The translations under genes were made by a program, and so were the position numbers. Of a DNA stretch of 64,000 nucleotides, positions 40,665-51,782 are shown one piece after another. The notes beneath the pieces were generated by a model. The model saw nothing but the letters and a program-made list of their open reading frames with translations, had not been told where the DNA came from and made no database searches. The stretch comes from Ylistrum balloti (taxonomy: Eukaryota). Each line of letters begins with the position of its first letter. Position 1 is the first letter of the stretch. Location: NCBI RefSeq assembly GCF_031769215.1, contig NW_026782097.1, positions 2,604,001 to 2,668,000 of the forward strand. The letters run 5' to 3'.

Positions 40665-40788
40665 CAAGAAATCCAACAATGAAGAGGGTTAGAGTCGGAA
40701 TGAATAATTCGATGGTCGTTGGTCCAGGCATTGGTGCCGATTCCGTTGTACTTTCCGGCTCCAATTGTGATGTTGGTGATGTTGCCAT
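40665..40788 (-). CDS. Bestrophin-like paralogue 3, exon 1 (short N-terminus; predicted protein 394 aa; not in ORF track)
   Basis: ATG in CATCATGGC context. MATSPTSQLEPESTTESAPMPGPTTIELFIPTLTLFIVGFL, then donor CTTG|GTCAGT in phase 1, the same mid-TM1 intron position as paralogues 1 and 2. Confidence 0.78.
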
Positions 40789-43700
40789 GATGAGATTGAA
40801 AATTGTATCTATCAATAAATATAGCGATTCAAAATCAACATAGAAATATTTTCAGCAGATATATTGGATCTGAAATAATAAATCATGAAAGGAGTTTATA
40901 TATATATATTTAATCGCAAAAATTAAAACTTTGAGACGAGTTTCATGAAATATCACATAAAATGAAAAGAATTATAAAATGGTTTCCATCTCTAGTTAAA
41001 GTGTTGATAGGTACAGGTCATCATGTAGGTCTAAGTATTTGAAAAGACTGAAAATTTATATCTGTGTGGATTATCTGTCTTATTTTTTGTTTATATTGAT
41101 TCTGTGTACATATTCAAAATTCGTCATGTCTATCTCGGATTTGTAAAGTCGATTGATAAAACAACAGACACTCATCAAAAGGTATCATTATGTTTCTTTC
41201 GAATGGAGATAGGGATATCGTATCATTCTCTAATTTATCCAGTAAAGGAATGAGACAATACTTTGTGATATAATTTTATTAAGATGTGGTATTATTAACG
41301 GAAGTTGACCCCTGGATTAAAAATACCACATACTGTAACGGTTATCGTCTTCATCGACATTCTTGCTGGCATAAACGACAAACTTGCTTGATTGGAGAAA
41401 AATTAATCGGAATATGTCACAAAAATATCATTATATCTCAAATGAACGTTTTAGCATGTCGTTATAACACGTTTCTCGATGTCGATCATCAGTATCAACC
41501 GGAAAGATAGCCGCCATCTATGACGTAACGTCAGAGTTCATGATTATACTGAGGATAGGATCACGACAATTATCCAATTAGTAAAGCCTTACATAACCAT
41601 TATTACAGAATTCGGAATACATTACAAATGAGGTGTTCTTGTTGATTGTGTACAACGTATGTATTTGTAATTACCTTACTTGCTTGTTGTCCATGATATA
41701 TGTATTAATTATTATCTACAGTTAATATATCATATGACATAAACAAAAACATTTGTAATAAATTGTCGTATTACGTTGCATATTATATTATTTACATAAA
41801 ATTTGGAATTTTGGTATTTGTGACACCTGAAAAATCAATGTAAATATTAACCCAGTAATAAAAATGATTCACAAAATATCATGTATTTGTAATTAATTAC
41901 GTTTTCATTTTATCCTAAGTGTCTATATTTTGTCTATTGTTTAAAAAAATTATATTGAAATACACTGTATTTAGGAGATATCTGCTGAGATGTATTAGCA
42001 GATTAACCTCGTTTGTGATAGCTGCCTTGCAGGAAGATTTAACATGATCAGATATACACTTGGTTAAAACATTTCACCAAGATGAGTATCAAACAGTAAT
42101 TAATGAAAGATTGATCCGTCTTCACCAGCGAAATCAAATAAGTAAATTATACCTACCTGCCGCTTAACGGGTGATCTCTTCCGTAAGGTGATGATTTCTA
42201 CCTTCCAGCTACAAGTGCTTCCATCCGTGAGGTTGTGGTTTCTTAATTGAACAAGTACTGGGTTTACAGGTTAATCATGACCATTATGTGTGACGCTCAT
42301 TATAACAATAAGAGGTAATTGATTGGAACAATATGAATAGATTGTATTTAGTCGATAGTCGTTATCACACTTCATCAGAAACAAATATTGATTGGATGAA
42401 AAGGTGTGTTCAATAGGAAAAGAACTGTTGTCGTAGACTCTTTAATGTCCACAGAAGAAAAACGATGCTGTCAAAATATTGCTTTTTATTACTTGTAAAC
42501 ACAAAGAACACTTTTATAGATTGTGTAAGGCATCCCGCAGAGCGTCTATCATCTACAATATACCTGTCGTTGTATTACAATAAAATTAATGACCTTTGAT
42601 ACTCGAGCTTAATGTAATTACCACTTACAATGTATTATCACCAGTACTAGTTATTAATAATGTTTTTTTTATTCTATGTAGGTTTAAGATAACTTTATAC
42701 AAGATTGATTGCTACTTGATATTAATTGACGTGAATTCAGGGTTGATTACTTTTCAGGTATTGTGTAGTTATCGAAATTTTAGGAAGAAAGAAACACGAG
42801 GCACATCTGTATTGTATTACAAATAGGAATGGGAATCACTGGTAGTTATATTTTGACTGTATTGAGCGAATCGTATAGGAAGCTACTATAAGCAGCCTGT
42901 CCGTCGTTGCATACATATTGTAAGATTAGCTTCATTATGTTTTATTATATTAAATGGAAGGGGATAAACAGTAATTATATTTCTTTACTGTCGATTACAG
43001 TAATTCTTTATGCTACGAAAAATCATTATAGTGCTTTCAATTTGCCAGACTCAAACAAAAATATTGCAGGTTAAACAAGTTTAAGTGTATTCCAATATTT
43101 GCACAAGAATGCTATTAGCCTTTGAATTTTTGGCACAACGATGTGTTGGAATTGCACTATCGATCACAGTTTTGATACGAAGTCGTTCGGTGTACATCAG
43201 TATACTGGTATATTTACCTGGACCTATATGAAACTGAACTACCTTTATAACAGTACTCATGAATTATACCTCAATCAATGCATACAAAAGTAAGTATCTA
43301 CTTTGAATAATCACTGTCTAGTACCTGTAAAAACTGCAAACGCACTGTCTATAGTAATATATGTTAACATGTAAACATGCATATCACATGTAAACATCCA
43401 TATTAACTCACAACCATTTATCAAATATAAGATATGATATAACGTACCAATATATATTCGATATATACATGTAACAACCCGAAGATAATATTCCGATATA
43501 AATACATTAGAAGCCAAATATGGCATGGAAACAATAATATATATTAACATACATGTTGAATTCCTAGCAATTTATAATTCTGTTTTACAGTCTTATATAA
43601 CATAATATATATTCAACTGAGACACCTGAAAAAATACAATGAAAATAAGACCAGGTGTTCCGGAAGCGTCTTCAGATTCATCGACGACACCCGCCTTGGA

Positions 43701-45221
43701 CGATCCTAGTAAGTAATGTCATGTTCTCAAATCAAAACAAGGTAAACAACAACTGAACCAACGGCAAACTAACAAGCATCAAACACGTCCAGATTCATAT
43801 CACGCATAGAAATAGAGTAATGAGATCACTATGGCGACCGTACAACTTCCCCATAATTTTCATCAACCTGCATACTTCCAAATATTTTGTAATACGAGAT
43901 TGTCCGCCAATTATGGGGCTAGTGCACCTCCCCATCTAGATGTTGTCAATTCTTTCGATCACTTTTCTTCGTCATCCCACGTGCTTCACAATTTATGTCC
44001 CTATCATCACCGGCAATTCCTAGAAGGACAAGGGAGTTTCCTGGTGCAACTTTATTAATTACTTGCCTCTACTGCATCTAACTCTAAATCTGTATTAGAA
44101 GGTGCCATTCACTTAGGTGTCTTTTATATAATCATTGTAATTGCGAAGCATTCATGGATGCACACAAGATGAACGTATACGTATGTATATTTAGATTTAT
44201 TTCAGTGAAATATGTACATTTATACACTTAGATCATGTTGTTTTAACTCGGTAGCTTTGAAATATGAGTTTGTATGAAATCAGATGATGCATTTTCGTGA
44301 TTTTTCGAAAAATACTATTTCGAAGATAAATGCAGCTCGATATGCGGTAATTGTTACAGTTAGTGGACCTAAGATATCGTTGATTAAGACCATCAAATAA
44401 ATGAATAACAAAAAAACAATTATTGATTTCTCAGTATATTACATCAGGAATAATCCCTGACATATGCAATAATGCATCAATGTATTAAATGTTGATACAT
44501 CATATTGTAGAACCGAAAAAAAATCAATACCCACTCTACAGAAATGTCAGTTGTGGTTTCTCGGCTCTGATCGAGACACCACAATATTATTTTCTTATGT
44601 AGTTGAAAGTCAGTGGTCTTAGTACATCTAATAACCAAGGAAACAATTCTAAGTAATGTTTGAGTTATCAATAACGCATCACATCTTCCATCATGGATGT
44701 CATTTATTAGTTACCTTTAAAACTCGAAGATAAGCCGCGGCTTATGTTTGTGTGTTTTCAGGATAAGCTTGTCCTTGAGGTCGGCTTGCTTTCGAGTTGT
44801 AAAGGTATTCTTAAATACTATAATGGCTTTGAGAAGTGTGTTCATATGTCATCTTAGATTACAGCTATTTCGAAACTTATGATATTCATCGTCGGTTAAA
44901 GAAACTACTTTTTTTAAGTTTTGAGAACTGCAACGTTGTGAAGACTTTGGGAAAGTTGACTTTAAGTTGAATAAAGGAATAAGGTATAATTTGTAACACA
45001 CAGAAATGGCTCACTACCTATATGTATTATTGAGTAACTTCTTATTTTCAGAGGGTCCTTGTGTCATTCTAAGGATCGATTATCTACCTTTAGACTACTA
45101 GAGTGACAAGGTAGATAAGACCTATTGATCTGGTGTATAAACCTTGGTAATATTGACTATGTCACAGATGTGGCGACATAGAACAATATAAATAAAGTCA
45201 TGTATACTTTACTTATTGTGT

Positions 45222-45274
45222 GGGGATATAGCTCAGTGATCGAGAGGTCCCTGGTTCGAACCCGGGTGTCCCCT
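45222..45274 (+). pseudogene. tRNA-Cys pseudogene with 19-nt internal deletion
   Basis: Identical to the 47995-48066 gene except that GTAGAGCATTCGACTGCAG is missing (3' half of D arm, 5' anticodon stem and anticodon). Confidence 0.9.
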
Positions 45275-47994
45275 AATATTTTACTTTTGAACACACTAAA
45301 TTATGTTAGCTAATGTTACTATCGGTACAAGGAATGTTTTGGTGGAAACACTTAATTTTCTTCATCAGGCCACAGAAGATTGTGTATGCTACCTCTTCTA
45401 ATTTGGGAGTATTAACAAATCAAATACATACAAAGTAATGAGTTTAGGGCTCAGATCAATAACGCATTTCATCCAGTCGGTTGTTGTCTATTTGTCAAAC
45501 ACTTCATGTGAGACAGTCACGCAACAAACTATCTTCATCAAACTATGTGATATTGTAACTGTATGATTGGTTAAATTGCATTACAGGTTGATATCAATAT
45601 AGGATAGGGTGATCAATAACATTCGCTTAAGGACTTTCTAAAAATACTTTCTGTATGTGCACGTACAGAACATAAACAACAAAGCCTACTTTTACACTTG
45701 ATAACCCAGATTTTTATATAAGAATTTGAAAAACAAACAAAAAAAGCAAATTATTCTATAACCATCGCTAGAACAACAGCAAATTCAAATTACCTGCCAT
45801 ATTATACCGAAGGTGGCTCCACTTTCACGTCATTGAAAACACCACGATAGCAAAATAGTTCCAAGTGCAAATGATTAGTAACATAGATGAGTGTTTTTTT
45901 TTTAATTTATTTATCACGTTTATATAAGATTAAGAGATTAAGCACAACTGGTGCAATGATGACCGTTTACTCTTGTGCAAGCTTAATAGCCATGCATACA
46001 TATTGATAAATACACACTTTATGGATAGTAAGCTACATCTGAGACTATGCAACGCAGGTGTAAATATATAATTACACTCTCTGAACATACTGCAAATATA
46101 TCTGTTTGATTATTTCATATTGAATATTAATTGTTTCGGTATTGGAATCTTGCGATGTATATTCAAATCTTTTCGTAAATCACTTTTGAAAACTTGTCTT
46201 TTCACAGCTGACTCATTTCAGATGTATATCCGGATTCTGCATTTAGCGTATTATTTGAAATGGCGGTAAACAGAAGTGTTTCTCAAAGTGTTGTGGAATT
46301 ACGTGATCAGTTTATGGGCTAGAACAAGATAGAGGTTTTAACGTCAAGAACATGTGTATGAAGTAAAACAAGACACGCACCTTGTTACGACAAACCCGGA
46401 AGACTTTATCAGTAGAGTAAACCACCAAGCACTTTCACATGCTTGTATGAAAAGCATACTCATGAATAGCACATTTTAATATAATAATATTTAATACTGG
46501 AAAGCCAAAACTGTTTCGTCCTTCCTGGACACGGTTAGCGATGTCAGTGCCTACACATTGAAGGAAGCTAAACAACTAAAACCAAATAAAACCTTCCTTG
46601 TGTGCATCCAAGTGGGGTGACAAAATAGATCGAATCTACATGTCACAGATGTGACGGCATTTCTGCAGTTCTGTAGAAGTTCTACTTTTATTTGCCTCAT
46701 ATGATCATGCAATGCAATAAAGCAGGCCCTAAGCACTCTTAACGGAAAGCAGCAGAGAAACCAACCTCGACCTACAGGAGGTAACCAACAAGTAATCGCT
46801 TTGTCCGGAAAATGAAGTGGCCATTTAAGTTTACTCCTTGCTAGTTCCATCTTTCCACACTCCCTTTAGACCTCAATGAGCTTTTAAATGTAACCTACGA
46901 AAAGACATTTCACCACATGTAAAAACCATGATAAACGGAATTTTATGCACAAAACAACTCCTGCTTTGTTCATATATGTAAAATTTTAAATCTACTTAAT
47001 TATAAATGTAGTATAGAATCATGTATTTGTCAGTACATTTACTGGGGACTATCTTGTCTTCATTTACAGATGTACAATTCCGGTAAATAGTTTTATAACA
47101 TCATGTCATGAAAAACTTGTTTGATCGTGGATAAAAAACAAGAGCAATCGTTATAAGATTGCTAAAGCATAAATATGATTGAGGATAACTGTATTCCTAA
47201 AATCATTCATAGATTCACAATAGAAGGAAAAGAAAACATTGGTGAACAAATACAAAGAGAGTTGGACCAAGTGTTCCGCAAATGTACGCGTCTTCTGCTT
47301 CGTCAATGACACTCATGGTATTGGTAAATCCAAGTAAGAAATGTCACATTGTGATATGAGAGCCAGGTTTATGACAACGAAATATCCAGACATCAAACAC
47401 ATCAAACTTCATATCGCACAAGGAAAGACAGGGAAAGAACATATTTCCGAGTGAGATTGTAATGGCAACCATATGCTTCCTCTTTATCGACTCTCAAAAC
47501 CATGTGTTGTACATCCATCTGCCAGCTATCAATAATATCTGTCACAGAAATCTTGACACTGGCAGCAAGATCTCGAATATCGAAATAACGAGGTTTCATA
47601 TTCTTGATTTTCGGTTCTGGTTGGTACGGTGGCTATTGCATTTCTTGAAATTTGACGAACTATCATCGAAATATCTAGAAATGAATGTGAAGGATATGAT
47701 AAGGTTTGTGATACTTATTTTGATAATCTCTTGTACAAATTAGATTAGTTCAGTGCCGTACGAAAACAAACACGAATCAGCCATGAGAAGAACATAGTAA
47801 GTCCCTATTGGTATACCAGTTGCTATTAGATTTTTTGACTCCTAAGAAGTTGCAAGAACGCAAAACCCAACTAAATCACCGTTCGACATACTGTATGTTT
47901 CAAAACCGATTGGTGTTTTTTTACAACAGATGTTTATTACATAGGATATGTCAGAGCGCGCCCTTCCTTAATAATACAAAAAACATCAAAATTT

Positions 47995-48066
47995 AGGGGA
48001 CACCCGGGTTCGAACCAGGGACCTCTCGATCTGCAGTCGAATGCTCTACCACTGAGCTATATCCCC
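47995..48066 (-). tRNA. tRNA-Cys(GCA)
   Basis: GGGGATA TA GCTC AGTGGTA GAGC A TTCGA CTGCAGA TCGAG AGGTC CCTGG TTCGAAC CCGGG TGTCCCC T. 72 nt, folds as a cloverleaf by hand; T-tract downstream. Confidence 0.95.
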
Positions 48067-48799
48067 ATACAATCCAATGGAGAAACTTTATCAGTGAAAT
48101 TATAAGGAAATGTAGAATATGTAGGGCATATAATCCACCATCTGTTGACTATGATTAAGTTATAGATGATAGCATTACTGAGATGATAAGAATATGTTCA
48201 ATACACCAGAGTATAGATTTGTAATGGTTACCAAGTCTTTATCAAATTTCTGTATTGAAATATAAGGTTTTACAGTGAAAATATAATTGACATTTTCATT
48301 GAATAAGCAAAATGTTTTATTTTCCACTCATTTTTGATAAATCGGATAACAGCAGTGGCAGGAAAGATATGAAGGATTTCAGGAACGACAACTCTGGTAG
48401 AAATAGCCTTATAAAATGGTGAAGGAAACACTCGTCTCACTGGAGTGTATCGATCAGAGTCGATATTAATTAAATCTACTTACTTCATATTGATTTATTT
48501 TAAGGATTGTGTTTAGCTGGGAAACTATACCAATACTAAATTGAGTAACAAATCCAAACTGGGATAAATGAAAGGTGTAAAAAATGTGATAGATAGAATA
48601 TTCCTTGTTTCTTGATCAATAACAGTTAAAACCTATCGGCTGGGATGGAAGTGGAATGTATATTTTGAACCCGTTTCAACCCATGCTGCGCAAAAATATC
48701 ATCAAAATTTCGACCGCTTTCGATGAAATTGAACTGCTGTTCATCAGGAAATAAAGATACATACTGTTTTTCTGCTTTCCCTGTCCCATCTGACTGCCA

Positions 48800-50440
48800 C
48801 ACACCTCAATCCTAGTGTATACCCTCCCAAACTCACACCTCAATCCCAGTACACCCCCTCCCACACCCATACCTCAATCCTAGTACACCCCCTCCTAAAC
48901 TCACACCTCAATCCTAGTACACCCCCTCCCACACCCACACCTCAATCCTAGTACATCCCCTCCAACACCCACACCTCAGTCCTAGTACACCCCCTCCTAA
49001 ACCCACACCTCATTCCTAGTACACCCCCTCCCAAACACACACCTCAGTCCTAGTACAACCCGTCCCACACCCTCATCTCAATCCTAGTACAAACCCTCCT
49101 ACACTCACATCTCAATCCTAGTACACCCCCTCCTACACCCACACCTCAATCCTAGTACACCCCCTCCTACACTCACACCTCAATCCTAGTACACCCCCTC
49201 CTACACCCACACCTCAATCCTAGTACACACCATCCTACACACACCTCAGTCCTAGCGTCCCCCTCCCACACCCACACCTCAATCCTAGTACACCCCCTCC
49301 CACACTCACACCTCAGTCCTAGTACACCCCCTCCCACACCCACACATCATTCCTAGTACATCCCCTCCTACACTCACACCTCAACCCTAGCACAACCCCT
49401 CCTACACTCACACCTCAACCCTAGCACAACCCCTCTTACACTCACACCTCAACCCTAGTACAACCCCTCCTACATCCACACCTCAATACTACTACACCCC
49501 CTCCCACGCCCACACCTCAATCCTAGTACACCCCCTCCCATACTCACACCTCAGTCCTAGTACACCCCCTCCCAAACTCACACCTCAATCCTAGTACACC
49601 CCCTCCCAAACTCACACCTCAACCCTAGTTTAACCCCTCCTACACCCACACCTCAGTCGTAGTACACCCCTCCCTCAATCCTAGTGTATCCCCTTCCAAA
49701 CTCACGGCTCAATCCCAGCACACCCCCTCCTGCATGAGTCATACCACAGGCCTAGTATCCACCCACACCCATACCTCAATCCTAGTACACTCCCTCCCAA
49801 ACTCACTCCTCAATCCTAGTACACCCCCTCCCATGCCCACACCTCAATCCTAGTACACCCCTCCCACACTTAAATCCTAGTACACCGCCTCCTACACTCA
49901 AACCTCAACCCTAGTACACCCCCTCCTACACCCGCACCACAATCCTAGTACAACCCCTCCCACACTCACACCTCAATCCTAGTACACCCCCTCCCAAACT
50001 CACACCTCAATCCTAGTACACCCCCTCCTACACTCACACCTCAACCCTAGTACACCCCCTCCTACACCCACACCTCAGTCCTAATACACCTCCTCCCACC
50101 TCAATCCTAGTGTATCCCCTTCCAAACTCACGGCTCAACCCCAGTACACCCCCTCCCGCATTAGTCATACCACAGGCCTAGTATCCAGCCACATCCACAC
50201 CTCAATCCTAGTACACCCCCTCCCAAACTCACAACTCAATTCTAGAACACCTCGATCCTGCGTCCTCCTCCTACACATTTTAATCCTAGTATCCTCTCAC
50301 ACACTCACACTTCAATTCTAGTACACCTCGATCCTAGCGTCTCCCTCCAACACACCTCAATCCTAGTACCCCCTCCCACACTCACACCACAATCCTAGTA
50401 TGCCCCCTCCTGCACGAGTCACACTACAGTCCTACTCAAA
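48800..50440. repeat. 34-bp C-rich/G-rich minisatellite (about 48 copies)
   Basis: Unit cacacctcaatcctagtacaccccctcccaaact; period seen at 50001 and 50035. Confidence 0.95.
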
Positions 50441-50832
50441 ACCGATAAAAACCACTATACACAAATATCAGTCATGACAAAGTGTTAATCACAGATCATT
50501 TCAAAAGTAAACAACATCTTCAATGTTTGACAAGAAGTTGAGTTTAAACAGAGTACATTAAAACAGCCTAATGGGTGTCGTATTGATCCCATATTGTTCA
50601 CGTTATAAAAGGCAGTGTATATTTCATTTACAAATAAAATATCTAACAAAAGGCAGGATATATAATGTACATGTATAGGAAACACGTGTTCAGTGGCTTA
50701 ACATGTAAACTGTATGTTGGCAAGGGTGAAGAAAGACAAAACAAAAATGGCGAGCTTCTGGCGAGCAAATTTTGTCATTTTGTCTAGATCAAAAAGAAAA
50801 TGGTGGGAGGACTTTGGAAAAAGTTTCTCAAA

Positions 50833-50900
50833 AACACTGGTTACAAAAAAATCCAGACTTCTCAATCAGCAGACGCATGCTCAACCGCTGAGCTACATGC
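50833..50900 (-). pseudogene. Degenerate tRNA-Cys-derived copy
   Basis: Minus strand TAGCTCAGCGGTTGAGCATGCGTCTGCTGATTGAGAAGTCTGG aligns to TAGCTCAGTGGTAGAGCATTCGACTGCAGATCGAGAGGTCCCTGG; T arm decayed. Confidence 0.6.
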
Positions 50901-51149
50901 ATATGAGCTTTAATCGGGCAACTTTTAATGAAATGTATGAATATAACCCTTTATCGACTGATCACGGTTGATCTTACTGGCAAAATAATCGGATCAGGAC
51001 TTTAGTTTGCATTGTTCAGTATGTAATAATTTTACAGCGATTACTGAAATGTCCGAGACGTATTTTTTTTCTACTTTTTAGTGTCGTTATGTAGAGATAT
51101 ATAGGGTATGGGTATGACAAGCGTTTAAGTGAATTTGTTTCAGGGTACT

Positions 51150-51285
51150 GGTACTCATGAGCAAATATGGGCGGGTGCGATTGGGAACCGGAAAAAGGAC
51201 GTTGGTTCCTAAAAGCAATGGAACTGCTTTGGTGTAGCGGCTATCAGGAACAACCAGGAATATGTAACCCTGGTAAAATACTAGC
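51150..51285 (-). mobile_element. Probable Ty3/Gypsy aspartic-protease-region fragment
   Basis: YIFLVVPDSRYTKAVPLLLGTNVL resembles the recalled xLVVPD...VPLLLGTN motif at the end of Gypsy protease domains. Confidence 0.5.
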
Positions 51286-51311
51286 CGCAATATACCACTC
51301 GGCTAGAGAGA

Positions 51312-51385
51312 ACTTCCCTTTAGCTCGATTGGTTGAGCGTCAGACTAGTAAGTCAGGGTCCCGTGTTCGATTCCTAGCGGAGGCA
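51312..51385 (+). pseudogene. tRNA-Thr(AGT)-like pseudogene or tRNA-derived SINE head
   Basis: A box TAGCTCGATTGG, loop CTAGTAA, B box GTTCGATTCC, 3' CGGAGGCA; acceptor and anticodon stems mispaired. Confidence 0.65.
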
Positions 51386-51404
51386 TTGAGATGAAAAATG
51401 ACCT

Positions 51405-51782
51405 CTGTTACACTTTGAAAAAGCGTTATTCTTACTCTATTATGAAGCTTACATTCTAGGAAAAAATTACCAACATCCTCACAGTAATGTACACAAGCAC
51501 ACGATAGGTTATCAACAATCTTAACACGGAACAAATCACTTTTCAAAGAGCTGCACTGATGTCTGAGTCTCGTATGTAATATATTTAGATTACGTTCGCC
51601 AAAATTATAATAAGATGGAGGAAAAGAATTAGCGTCATTAGATAAAGAAGATTGGAGAGTCTGAAAGAAGGAATGATATAATCATGTTGGTTCCGTAAAT
51701 TACACCGATTGTTGTAACCCACTGTGTTTGGCAAATGGGCCGATAAATAAGAAGGGGTTACATTATTTACCATTTTTAACAT
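51405..51782 (-). mobile_element. Degraded 3' end of a CR1/L2-type LINE ORF2
   Basis: KMVNNVTPSYLSAHLPNTVGYNNRCNLRNQHDYIIP and SDLFRVKIVDNLSCACVHYCEDVGNFFLECKLHNRVRITLF resemble the recalled post-RT C-terminus (C-x-C...ED..HFF..C) of such LINEs; frameshifted. Confidence 0.7.

Noticed and set aside
46255-46410. YY1-like (AAATGGCGG) and ETS-like (CCGGAAG) motifs suggesting a promoter
   Set aside because: No downstream exon could be identified on either strand.
48800-50440. Telomere-like aaccctag words in the C-rich array
   Set aside because: Not tandem (TTAGGG)n; incidental within a 34-bp unit.
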